A DNA stretch of 64,000 bases, taken from contig NC_045696.1 of assembly GCF_009834535.1 (NCBI RefSeq), positions 62,684,001 to 62,748,000 of the forward strand, written 5' to 3'. Of the stretch, positions 36,435 through 48,123 are shown piece after piece. The position numbers and the translations under genes were made by a program. The notes under the pieces are model-generated. The model ran no database searches. It worked only from the letters and a program-made list of their open reading frames with translations, and was not told the origin of the DNA. Position 1 is the stretch's first letter; every line of letters starts with the position of its first letter. The DNA comes from Camelus ferus. Its lineage: Eukaryota.

Positions 36435-36720
36435 GGCACCACCTCTGCCACTCATGGCTCTGTGAGTTTGGGCAAATATCTTGACCTCTCTGAGCTTCCG
36501 TTTCTTTAGCTGAGACCTGGAGATCATAGCACTGCATAATACTATATACTGTGGAGTGGATTGGAGGCTAAATTAGACAATGTGCCTGGTGCAGAACAGC
36601 ACTCCCTATTGTTGGTGGCAGTTTTATCCTGTCCCAGCTCAACCACTTACTAGCTCTGTGACGCTAGGGAAGTCCCTTAACCTCTGAGCCCCAGTGTCCT
36701 TATGGTATGTAAGTTTGGAG
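36435..36720 (+). mobile_element. Two tandem MIR fragments
   Basis: tgtgagtttgggcaaatatcttgacctctctgagcttccgtttc, and cccagctcaaccacttactagctctgtgacgctagggaagtcccttaacctctgagcc. Confidence 0.7.
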
Positions 36721-36734
36721 CAACTGATAACATA

Positions 36735-37345
36735 AATAGTGCTGATACATTTTGGCTTCTCAGCATCTGAAATCCCCTTCCTATGTTTGAGGAATTTCCT
36801 GTCATATAAGCCTGCCTCTCTTTATGGAAGACAAAAAGGCTGGAGACTATTTCCTGGACTCCTTGCAGCTAGGGAGTTGGTGCTGTGTTCCCCTCCTTCC
36901 CCTGAGGAAACCACCATCATGAATTTAGTACCTACAGAGGCTGGTTTTTATACTTTTACCACATACCCTAAGCAATATAAGGTATTTGCAGAACAGAAAC
37001 TGACAGTATTACAAGGAGAAAACAATGAGTCCACAATAATGGAGTGAAGTTTTAACGTGCCTCAGGAGCTCAAGGACGCAGAAGAAGTGCATGTAGAAGA
37101 CTGCAGCAGAGAAGTAAGAAAAGAAGAGGGGGAGGGGGGACATGAGAAGGACAAACTGCCTGTCCCATTTCACACTGGGAGCCTGGCTGGGAGCCTGGGC
37201 TATTCCAGGGCCCTACAGAGGGAGAACTTCTGGCCACTACCTGCTTCTGGACTCTGGCTCTGATCTCCAGTGTGGTTTCTGTCCCATTTCTGATCCATGG
37301 AGTGTTCATCTCATTTTTCATCCCTACTATTTCCTTTCCTCTGCT
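36735..37345 (+). mobile_element. ERVL-type LTR remnant (LTR16/LTR33-like) interrupted by L1-derived pieces at about 36890-37065
   Basis: cagcatctgaaatccccttcctatgtttgaggaatttcc...tatttcctggactccttgcagctaggg. The downstream part is less certain. Confidence 0.5.
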
Positions 37346-37587
37346 GCATTCCTTGAATTCAAAACATTATTATATAAAAGTAATACATTTTCATTAAAAA
37401 CTCAAACAATATACAAGGATTATTATTTTTCCAGAAATATTCTACAGATTTGTCAATTGTGCGTGTGCGTGCATGTGGGTGTAAGTGCACTCACTTTATA
37501 TACCCTTGTGCATCTTTGTTCACTAAAGTGTATCTTGGCCATCCTTATACCTAACTCAATATTCATTTAACACTGCTAGTCTCCCAA

Positions 37588-37830
37588 TATAATTTTTTTT
37601 ACTTTTTATTTTGGAAAATTTGTAACATAGACAAAGGTAGACCGAATCACGTAGTGCTCTGGGTGCTTCAGTAGTATAACATTCATGGAGCTTCAATAAT
37701 TATCAACCCTTAGCCAACCTTGTTTTATCTCTCCTCCCATGCACTTTTCCTCTTCCCCTCTCCTGCTGCCCCCATTATTTTGAATCAGACCCACACAGCA
37801 CACCATTTTATCGATAGGTATCATTTAAAA
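37588..37830 (-). mobile_element. L1MC5-like 3' fragment
   Basis: tttttattttggaaaatttgtaacatagacaaaggtagacc...gcttcaataattatcaac...gccaaccttgttttatct...attattttgaatcagaccc. Confidence 0.7.
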
Positions 37831-40800
37831 TCTATTATTAAAAAAAAAAACAAAAAACTAAAACCCAATTCAGCGTGCTGTTGCTGGGTTTGGAGCTGAG
37901 GAGGTTGTATGAACCTATGGTGTCATTTTGTTTTCAGGTTCCCCAGTCTGAACTGAGTTTGTCTGAGGGAGGAAGACAGACACAGCTCTAACATTCAGCC
38001 AAGCAGTGTTTTCCATCCCTGTCCAGATTGTCTTATGTCAGGATGTTAATGGAACAGCGGTGTCTGGAAGGCTTTACAGCCCATATAAATTCAGGTCCAT
38101 TGTTCGCTAGGCATGGAGCTCTGCTTTTTAAGGGAACCCTGCCGCTGGCGTCATTTCAGGATGAGTAAGCAGAGGACTTGGAGATGAAAGGTAGTAGATT
38201 TTCTTCTTCCCGCTGACATCTGAGGATGAACTTCTTGGCTCTTGTTCTCATCTTTCTTTAAAAAATTAACCAAGATTGAACTTGTCAGTTTCTATTAGAG
38301 TTAAATCTGAGTAGAGAGAGCAAAGCCTGCCACCTTTTCCAATAGTGACTGACAGAGAAGCCTTGTGTTCCTTCACTCCTTGGGAACTAGAGGGCAGGGC
38401 TGGCTCGTGTGCATAGCTTGTGTGACCTGGAGGCAGTGGTGTGGCCCCAACAGGAATCACTAATAAAAGGGGAGAGAAATACCCGCCCTAGGGTAGAGGC
38501 AAAAATATCTTTTATAAGGTTGTTATTTTTTAATGACAACACTGGGAAAATGTATTTTAAAACAAAAAGCTGTATTCAGAAGAACCCAAGTAGAACTGTG
38601 TTACTGTTAATGTAAAACTGTTTCCTCTCTGATGACTGTGTCCCCGGGGAAGCTGTGAACATCCCGAGGTCACCTGAAGGCCACGGGAGTCAGGGAGGCT
38701 CCCGAAGGCCGCGCTCAGGCTGAGACGAGGTCCTGGTTGACGTGTGAGGGGCGTCCCTTCTCTGAAAACACAACTCATTTCTGCTCTCCTGTCACCCTGT
38801 GCATTAGGGGTCCTCTGGCAATACTGAGTCAATGAAAAAGACCCCTGGCACAGTACCCGACACAGACGTCCTTGGAAGAGTGAGTGCGTGGGGCGGGGCC
38901 ACGTTGCATGTTCTCTTTAGGGTGTGCAGACCACGTGCAGGCACTTAGTAGGTGTTGGCTGAATATGTGAAGGAACAGTTGTTCAATCATTGCTTCCTCA
39001 ACAGTGTTTTGGCCAGCTGTTAAGTAAGGGTCCACAGTCCCATCACTCGTGTTCTAATAGAAATTGCTTTCACTTCTTCCTTTTAAAGATAATCCACAGC
39101 AAACATTGTTGGTCTCGAGTTTTACTCTGTTCATCATGTGCGAGCCGCAGGATTAGGGGCTTTGAGGAATTATGAGGTAGAAGGCGTGATTCCTGCTTCC
39201 AAGGAGATTAACGCGTGAGGGAACTAGGGCAGATGAAACTCAGTAAAGACTCAAACACTAGGTCTGTGCTGCTGTTTAGAGGCTTCCCTTGGACGAGCCA
39301 CAAAGCGTCTGCAGGATCTGGGGACTTCACTGTGTGGCCCCCGTCACCCTCAGTTTCACATTGTGCCTCAGAATTCTAAGATGTGTGTGCGCGTCACGCT
39401 TCTGTCTTTGCTCTGGAAGGTCTCTTGGAAGGGCTGTGGGCTGTGCTGTGCTGTCCTGGCAGAGCCTCCAGGAAGTGGGCTAAGGGTGGACCTGGCTCTG
39501 TGCACAAACAGAAAACTCACCCAGTGGGCTTTTGCCGTGGGCCTGGCTGAGCAGCAGAGAGAAACTAGACCCCATCCTACGGAAGCTGGCAGCCGAGGTG
39601 GTGGGACTGCCTCCTCACATGGCTCCTCTGGGAGGGCGCCTGCGCAGGTGCTCCAGCTGAGGCCCAGCAAAGGGTGATGGGCCCAGGAGAACTGTCCTTC
39701 TTTGCATTACTGCAGCTTGTTTCCTTTGCCAAATAAACATCTCATTGAAAGACTCTCATCTGTGATCTAGGCAGCAAAAAAGATTGATCTGTAAGATTGA
39801 TAGATGATCAAAAGATTGATCTTTTCTGGTGAAAAAAGGCAAATAGCATAGTTGAACCACAGTGACATATGTATAAGAGGGGCTTTCTGTGACAAGCAGT
39901 GTGTGACGAGGGCTGAGTTAAGCATGACCAGCTTAGCATGAGGGGTATTTCAGTGTGGCCTCTCGGCCACCTCGGTCCACACTTCAGCCGCAGGACTGCA
40001 TTTCTGCAGGTGATTAAGTGAAATGGAGATGCAGTGCCCAGGCCCTCTGCCTCTGGATTAGTTGCAGAACTGCTGTTGTGGAAATATCAAGCTTTTAAAG
40101 TGAACTTGAGTTTGAAATGAATGCCTTACCTCCTACTGCAGAGTTGGGTGACTTCTTTAAACGAGCCATTTACTATATCAATCATAGAGCACTCCTATAG
40201 TCTTCTGTTTTGAGGGTGGCAGGATTGGCCACCGCCCCTTCAAGGAGCTGCCTGTAGGAGCAATTTGATCCAGGACCCAGCCATCCCCAGCGTCCCCATC
40301 TTTGAAACTTTTCTGTCACTGTTTGTAAAGGAGAAACCAGAATTGCTGCCTATGTAAAAATTTGTCTGTCCCTGCCTCTGTAGATGAACACTCATTCTGA
40401 GGCTTGCTGGTCCTGATGGACTCTCAGAAATGTGAAATGTGGAGGTGCTTATGGGGCCTCGTTGCTGTCGGGCAGCGTGGAGTGAGTGCCAGTGCATCTG
40501 GCTGCTTCTCCGGTTCCCTTTGGTCCCCTCTTGAGCCCTGTAAGGAAACACTTTCTCCCTTAATAAAATGAAACCCAGTGTCTGCACAGACTATAAGCAA
40601 GGGAAGCCCTTCCCTAACTGCTAGGACCATCTCATGCCCTTTGACCCAAGAATCATGAACTTGGAACTGTAAAGAAGGCAGGTATAATTCTAGCACTCTG
40701 ACTTGGCTCGGCAACGAGCAAGTTTTTCACATTCCTAAAAATGTAATTGTAGTTTATTACTATTCAACACTCAGCCTGGAAGATAGTATCTAAGTAAGGT

Positions 40801-42687
40801 AAAGGCGTAAAGATGAATCAGATTTTTTAGAATGAATCACCAAAGCAGAGGAGAGGCATCCACGTTTCTTCAGCCTTCCTGCCAAGATGTCAGCAGGGTT
40901 TGGGAGGAGTACAGAGTGATCCTTCAGGCCACCTCTCTACTTACACCTCACATCCTTTCAGCTCCTGTCAAAGGTTAAAGGCATCGTACAGGTGAACAAG
41001 CAATACGCTTTTGTATAAAAGGAGTAGAGAGAGCCTTCGAGGCTTTGTCAGTGCAGAGGGGACTGAAACAGCCAGCCAGAACCTGAGAGAGATGTGTGAG
41101 TAAATGGATTGTCTGGATTGCACGTGATTAGCTGTGAGTACAGGTGCCCGCCAGCCACCTGCACGGGCCAGGGCAGGTCTCCAGTCCACAAGCCATGTCA
41201 TACTCAGGATTAGATAGCTGATTGGTTTTTTAAAAGGAAGCGTAAAATAAGAGAACATCTGGTTAGGCTCTCAAAAGAAAAGAGGTTCACCCAATGAACA
41301 GAACATCTTGTAACAGGTATAAGAATCATCTGTGATTCAGAAGCTCAGGATCCAGCCTGTAGCAGTTTAATTTTGGCAAATGCCTCCAGGAAGTAATACA
41401 GGTTTTTGGAGATTCAAAAATGGATTGTGACAGAGAAAGAAGAACGGCTGATTAAAAACCCATCTATGCCCTGGTTCTTAACTGATGTTTTTAATATTCT
41501 TGTTTATTTTGCCCAGTGTTGCCCAGTGTTCTGATTTTTTTTTTCCCTTAAAGAAGCCAGAAATCTATGTTGTTAATGTAGAAGCTCCTGATTTTAAAAT
41601 AGTGACAATTAAAGCAGCCTGCCAGCCACACACAGCACAGTGGTGCACCAGATTCAGCCCCAGAACTGCCAGGTTGAGATTTTGGGTCTAAAAGTTCATT
41701 GAGGCAAAAAGCTGACCAAATGCCCCCTCCAGTTGGCCTGGACCTTCTGAGGACTTTGGTCAGCTGGTTCCTGGAGGCTGATAGAGACAGTCTGGGTGCT
41801 CCAACTTTGTTTTTCTCAAATATTTTCTCCCATTACTCAAAATAGTTGATTTTTTAATTGGTAATTTAAAATTCTATCAAATGTTTTTCTTATTAACCCC
41901 AGACTTGCCTAATCACAAAATGCCAAGGCCAAATGTGATTCTGGTCCAGAAATGTAATTTTGGAAAAAAATAAAAAGATCCCCAGGTCCACCATTTATCA
42001 GAGTGGGCGACTACTTTAACTTTACTGTGTACGAGAGCATCTTTGAACTGCTCTCAGTATCTAAAGGTGCTTTTAGGAGACTGAAGGTCTAGACCGGGAG
42101 GAAAGGAGGAGAGAAACCCAAGGGGAGGGGAAGGAGGGGGATAGGCCTGTGTTTTTGCTGCTTCTCATCCCCCATGCTGTGTCTCTTCGGTGCTGCCTGG
42201 TGAACAAGCCTGGGCAGTGCTGGTCCGCGGAGACCCCAGCCCCCAAGCCTTGCCTTCTGCGCAGGCATGGAAGTGGGGATGTTGGGACATTGTCAATGGT
42301 GTGCAGAAGGGCCTCCTTGACAGCCCAACTGGAGACTCTTCTCTCTGGCCTTAGAGTCATGAATAGTCCTATTTCTCCTAGATAATTGATTGGTTTCTCC
42401 TTCTTTACAACTAATTAGATTTTTTTTTTCAGTTGACTAATAGAATTTTTGAGCCAAACTTGGGTACACCTGTATAGCAAGCTTGTGGCTCTCTATAGGA
42501 TGAATGCTGGCAATTTGCTAGCTAAATCCTTCCAGAACAAGATGGGGGGTACAATTTAAAGGATGAGGGAGAAGGGAAGAAGGAAGATGGATGCAGTCTG
42601 AGTTACACTCCACTTTCTAGAGCTGCCTGCCTGTTGTAATTAAGATAAACACCATGAGAAATAGTCCTGGAGGAAGTACAGCATAGG

Positions 42688-42820
42688 TGGGGTGACCATT
42701 TAACTTCACCATTTATTTATTGTTTAAACTAGAACACTTTGAGAGTGAAGAGGGGATGCTTATCCAGGACCACAAGGGTAAGGCCTGTCCTAGGACACCT
42801 GAGAATGTGTTATCACCCTA
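42688..42820 (+). mobile_element. MER81-type hAT-Blackjack MITE
   Basis: Terminal inverted ends ggggtgaccat / tatcacccta, with internal acactttgagagtgaagagggg. Confidence 0.8.
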
Positions 42821-43227
42821 AATTCAAGGTGGCAGAGCAGGGAAGGGTCGGGGGGAGGACTGGAGGTCGGGATAATGTGGAGGAAGGAAGCTGTGAAAGG
42901 CTGATGTATTTAGGGTTAGAAATACTGCTGAGGTTGACTGTGTATCTGGACCCACCATCTGTTCGACCCAGGAGGGGGATGTTGGGCCATTCTTGGGTCA
43001 GAATTTGGCTTTTGACTGGACTTCCAAGGTGAAGAGGAATAGCAGCCCATCTCTTATGAATTCTTCTTACCCGGCCTGCCCCCTTCTCCTGGTTTCCCGT
43101 GTCAGCAGTGAACTGTTACTGGCTGTGGATTGCATGCGAAGATAAGGCTTTCTCTGTTGGATGGTGCTCATGCTACGTAGAGACTAACTTAAGAACTAAC
43201 CACTGGGATTTGGCCATAATTCCACGT

Positions 43228-43287
43228 GGAAGGAGTCAGGGGAAAGAAATGGAGGGAAGGAGTCAAGGGAAAGAAATGGAGGGGAGG
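43228..43287. repeat. 27-bp tandem duplication (2.2 copies)
   Basis: ggaaggagtcaggggaaagaaatggag / ggaaggagtcaagggaaagaaatggag (26/27 identical). Confidence 0.95.
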
Positions 43288-44294
43288 TGATGGCTTCTCA
43301 AAAGCGTAAATGCTTTGTTTGCACCATTGATTTTTGGTTGGTCTCAAAATTCCCAAGAGCTGCTTTTAGTGCGCATTCGCTGCACGTCAGAATTTCACCA
43401 GGGCTGCACCCCTTCAGCCTGTGACTGGGAAAGGCTGACCTCTGTGCTTCTGTGTGCTCCAGATGGCCTAAAGACAGAGGAGGGCTTGTCTCCCTAGACG
43501 AGGGTGGAGGGCTCGGGAAATGTCGCCTTATGCCTCCTGGATGGGCTTGTGTTACGTCTGGAGCAGAATCTCCAGAAGCTAGGAGGGATCCTTATCTGGG
43601 AGAAAGCATCCAGGGATGTGGGCGAAGCGCAGCCCATCACAGCCCAGCTCTGGGAGGGAACGGAGCGGAGACTCAGACTCCCGCTGAGGATTTCACCAGG
43701 CCTGGCCCTGGAATCACCCCAGATCCAGACCTTAGGCAATTAACGAGAGCTGAGCATTTCATTCTTGTGTGCATCTCTGGGAGGTGGCCTGTGTCCTCTC
43801 CTCTCAGGACATCTGAGCTCATCTGCACTCACTTGGTGACTGACAGCTCAGCTGTTAAGGATTCCACATGTATCTGTCGAGTGTCTGCTCTGTGTCAGGC
43901 TCAGTGGATGAGCCACAGGCCCTGGTGTCAAGAATACACAGTCTGGACAAACTGGCCCCGCCTGCAGCTGAGGGGCTGAGCCCCCTATAAAAGTGTCTGT
44001 GGTCCCATCTCTATAACTCAGAGGTACCTCCAGGCCTTGCCTCCTTCCTGCTGCTCATTCTGACCCCAATGCCCTGGTTCCCTCTCCATCCCTGCACACC
44101 ATTTTCTGCCACTAACTGTCCACTTGGCTTTCAGTTTCATTTCACACTGGACACAGTCTCTTGGATAACTGACAGCTCTGTGCTCTGCAGCCAAGGGACA
44201 GCTTACCCCATCCCTGTCCTCCCTGGCCCCAAATTAACAGATAACTTCACTCTGACAAACTTTTTTGAGCTCCTGCTGTATGTTAGGCATTGTG

Positions 44295-44810
44295 CTAATT
44301 CTCAAGTCCAAACTCCTTAGCCCGCCATACCGGTCCCTTTGCAGTTTGCCCACCCTCCACCCTCACCTTCCCTGTCTCCCACCATCTCCCTGTACCTGTT
44401 GTTTCAGCTGTGCTGAATCCCCACTGTCTCCCAAATAGGTGTCCACCTGCACGTGTGGCCTCTGGAGGTGCCCTTCCCTCTGCCTAGGACGCCTTCCCTC
44501 CATCCTGCTCTTCTGTTTGCCCCACTCATCCTTCAAGGCCCATGTGAAAAGCCACCATTTCCAGAGAGCCCCCTAGGGCCTCCTTGCTTCCAGTTGTAAC
44601 ACCCGCTCCTCCGCACTAACTCTCCTGAGATCATCCAGCAGCTCATAACTTAGATGGCAGATGCTTCGTGTGTGTGTGTGTGTACGTGCGCATGTGCGTG
44701 CCTCCCCTGACAAGGCTGTGAACTTTTTGAGGACAGGGCCCTTGACTAATGAAACATTGTCACTCTCGCCTCCCAGCTCTGGTTCTCTAAGAACATCTTG
44801 GAGTTTTAAG
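44295..44810 (+). mobile_element. LINE-2 3' fragment
   Basis: aagtccaaactccttagcc...cccttccctctgcctaggacgcccttccc...ctcatccttcaaggccca...ctgtgaactttttgaggacaggg. Confidence 0.7.
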
Positions 44811-44982
44811 GCTTGGTTATTATTTTCAGATAGTAGCATGAAATCAAGAGGAAGTAGAGGGAGGAAAAAAAAAAGAGGAAGTAGAGGGAACTGAACTTTA
44901 GCCATAGGGATAAAACCAAATCACTTAGTTTTCTGGGAATATATGTGCTTTTATTACATTGTGAGATAGACCAGAACATAGG

Positions 44983-45150
44983 AAATTATTCAACCTTGAA
45001 GTCAGACAGAGCTGGGGTAGATTCCTGATTCCACCACTTATTAGTCTTATTACTTTACATAACATATTTAAACCTTTTAAAGCCTCAATTTCCTCATCTG
45101 TGAAATGGGGATATGCCCAGCATATTGGTTGTAAAGGGATTTCTGCTGCC
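44983..45150 (+). mobile_element. MIR SINE
   Basis: ttgaagtcagacagagctgggg...ccaccacttattag...gcctcaatttcctcatctgtgaaatgggga. Confidence 0.8.
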
Positions 45151-46364
45151 CATATTTGAGAAACATGACTCACGTGTCACAATGCAGGTAAAAGGATGTG
45201 TTTGGAAAAGCCTGCCTGATGATTCTGAGGCTGGAACTTCTGCCTTCTCTTTCCCCTGTTTGTGCCAGTGTTTTCCACTGGCCTAGTCCTGTGTGTGCTC
45301 AATGAACAGTTGATAATGAAGTGATGTCATATACATATCACACAACACCAGGCTCAGGGGTGCTCAGTGAGTGACCTGCCCTCTCCCTGCTTCCTGTCCT
45401 CCATAATCCAGTCTTCCCTTGGTGCTGGTCAGTAGTGGATAATGGTCCCAGAACACAGAGGGGCTGCTGTAGGGCAGGAGGGGGGATCGGGCCACCTTTT
45501 GAAGCCAGAAAGACTTTGTCCTGACTTGGAACAGGAGCCTGCTGTGCAGGAAGAGGCTGCATCCTGCCTTATGTGAAGCTGCCTTTGAGGTTCCAGGCCA
45601 GTTGCCTGCCCTTGGCCATGATGAGAAACATGACTTGGCTTTTCTATTCCATGGGGCAGAAGACCAGTGTGGAAAGTCCAATGGCAAAGGTGTAGAAACT
45701 GACCAGACTGGAGCTATGAGTAGCCATGTGTGTTGTGGAAATTACAAACTGAAAACAGCTTACAGCAGATGGTGTCAGGGGTTTTTGAAGCACCAGCATT
45801 AAAGCATTTCAAGCTTCTCCTTGTAATGTGCCTGTCCCTGGGTGCCGCTCCATCCCTGTGCCCTGAAGGTGGTTTTCTCACTTTTCCTCACAGCCCAGTG
45901 ATGTCCCTTACTTTCTCCTTCCCCCTCAGGGCCCTTTCTCTGCCCTGGCTTCTCCAGTTGGCTGATTTGAGCACGTTCTCTGCGCTGCATGGGTACCGCA
46001 GTGTGCTGTCACTGTGGAATGGTGCAGGGTGGCTACAGCTAAGGCTGAGCTTATGGACAGCCTCATGGGACTTGACCAAGTTGAAATCTCTTCACCTCCT
46101 TCTAGACACTTGCTTCCTGGGGTCATTTCTGAGTTTGAGAACCTGTCTTCTGGATTCAGACCCTTGTGATGAAGCTCTTATCATCCCATGCAACTTTTGA
46201 TCCAGAGGTGTGGAATAAGCTATTACCTTCCTTGAGCCTCTGCGTGGGCCCTTTCCTGACCCAGCACTCGAACAGACATGCCGCCACACAGACAGCAACT
46301 CAGGTGTGCGCCGTGCGCTGTGAGCTTCCTGCTGCAGCGTCTTCGCTCTTGCCAGCTGTTCTAA

Positions 46365-46580
46365 CAGTGCCGCAGTCCCTTAGGCGTGAGCAGTGCTCAG
46401 CTGTGTCCAGATTGGTTTTGCATTTACTCCTCATACTAATTCAGCAAAGTAGGAAGGCAGATAGTTTTATACCCGTTTTGCAGAAGAGACTGATTATGGG
46501 GGGATGGGTTAGATTTGCCCAGGGTTGCTCAGTCACTTGGTCAGGTCTAGGACTCGGGTCCCTCGCCTCGGTGCCCTGCC
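46365..46580 (-). mobile_element. MIR SINE
   Basis: tttatacccgttttgcagaagagactga...gttagatttgcccagggttgctcag. Confidence 0.65.
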
Positions 46581-46749
46581 TGTCCTCTCTCTGCCTGAGG
46601 TCCTAGGTGGATGATTCCTAGACCCTGCCCTCTATTTCCTGAATTACGAAACAGCAGATCTGGAGAGGTTTTGCAGCCTCATGCCCAGCCATTTTGCAGC
46701 CTTAGTGCTCCCCCACCTTTTTTTTTTTTCCATTTACAGCATATACAAT

Positions 46750-47095
46750 TGCCCACCCCACTTCCCATATCCATGAATTCCACATCCGTGATTCAACCAA
46801 CCACAGATTAAAAAAAAAAAAATCCAGAGTTCCAAAAAGCAAAAATTGAATTTGCCCCACACTGGCAACTATTTACATAGTATTTACATTGTATTTATAA
46901 CTATTTACATAGTATTTACTGTGTATTCAGTACTATAAGTAATCTAGAGATGATTTGAAGTATGTGGCAGGATGTATGTAGGTTATATGCAAATACTCTG
47001 CCATTTTACATAAAGAACTTAAGCATCCACAGATTTTGGCATTCAGAGAGGTCCTAGAACCAATCCCCTACAGATACCCATGGAAGAGTCTACTT
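46750..47095 (-). mobile_element. MER2/MER2B-type TcMar-Tigger non-autonomous element
   Basis: gattcaaccaaccacagatt...ttccaaaaagcaaaaattgaatttgcc...ataagtaatctagagatgatttgaagtat...taggttatatgcaaatact...gcatccacagattttgg...gtcctagaaccaatccc. Confidence 0.88.
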
Positions 47096-47647
47096 ACTTG
47101 CATGTTAAAGACAATTACAGTCTTTCCATTGAAACATTTAAGAGCACTCAAGTTCCTCCTTAGTGTCTGAGCCCTGTGTAGACTGTCCTCCCTCCTCTGT
47201 CATCTTTGGCAAAGGCTGGATTTCTGCTCCAACTTGTATGGGTCCCTCTGGCAAAAGTGGTTTTCTCACTTTGCCTCACAGCCCAGGGATGTCCCTGGCG
47301 ATGGATGCTATGAGTGTGTAATTAAGGAGACTTGGGGATGGCTGCTCTCAATCTGTTTCTTGGGGTTTTTGATTTTGTAGGCATCTCAGTGGTATAGGTT
47401 TTAGTGTGAATTGTGTCCAGTCAGGCCACTCACAGCTTTTATACCAGAGAGGGAACGTTTTTAGTTATTAGAGAGCATGGGCTTCGTTTTTATGATGTCT
47501 GCAACTTGAGTTGGATTAAACTTCTCTTACCATTAGAATCATTAGGGTAATGTTTTCTTTTTTTTCCTTCTTTCCTTCCCTCCCTCCATCCATCCATTCC
47601 TCATCCATGACCCACCTAAGATAATAGGAAAGGGTTACTGTGGGTGT

Positions 47648-48080
47648 CTTTTTTAACTGAAGTATAGTTGATTGACAATGTTGTATTAGTTTCTGGTGTA
47701 CAGCATAGTGACTCGGTTATGCACATATATATCCTGTTCATATTATTTTTCATTATAGGTAATTATAAGGTAATGGATGTACTTCCTTGTGCTATACAGC
47801 AGGATTTTATTTATTTTATATATGGTAATTTTTATATGTTAATCCCAAATTCCTTATTTATCCCCCCCTTTCCCGCTTGGGTAACCATAAGTTTGTTTTT
47901 CTATGTCTGAGTCTCTTTTGTAAATAAGTTCATTTGTATCATTTTTAAAGTTTCCACATGTAAGTGATATTGTATGATATTTGTCTTTGACTTACTTAGT
48001 ATGATAATCTCTAGGTCCATCCGTGTTACTGCAAATGGCATTATTTCATTCTTTTTTTATGGCTGGGTACTATTCCACTA
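47648..48080 (-). mobile_element. Artiodactyl/laurasiatherian-type L1 3' end, 5'-truncated
   Basis: tgaagtatagttgattgacaatgttgtattagtttctggtgtacagcatagtgactc...ggtaaccataagtttgttttctatgtctgagtct...ttagtatgataatctctaggtccatcc. Confidence 0.88.
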
Positions 48081-48123
48081 CGCGCGCGCGCGTGTGTGCG
48101 CGCACGCATGCATGCATGTATGC
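48079..48123. repeat. 45-bp alternating purine/pyrimidine tract containing (CG)6
   Basis: tacgcgcgcgcgcgtgtgtgcgcgcacgcatgcatgcatgtatgc. Confidence 0.95.

Noticed and set aside
41509..41530. 10-bp tandem duplication ttgcccagtg x2
   Set aside because: Ordinary slippage event with no further structure.
46868..46930. Roughly 31-bp tandem repeat (aactatttacatagtatttac...)
   Set aside because: Lies inside the MER2B-type element, where I recall this duplication is part of the consensus.
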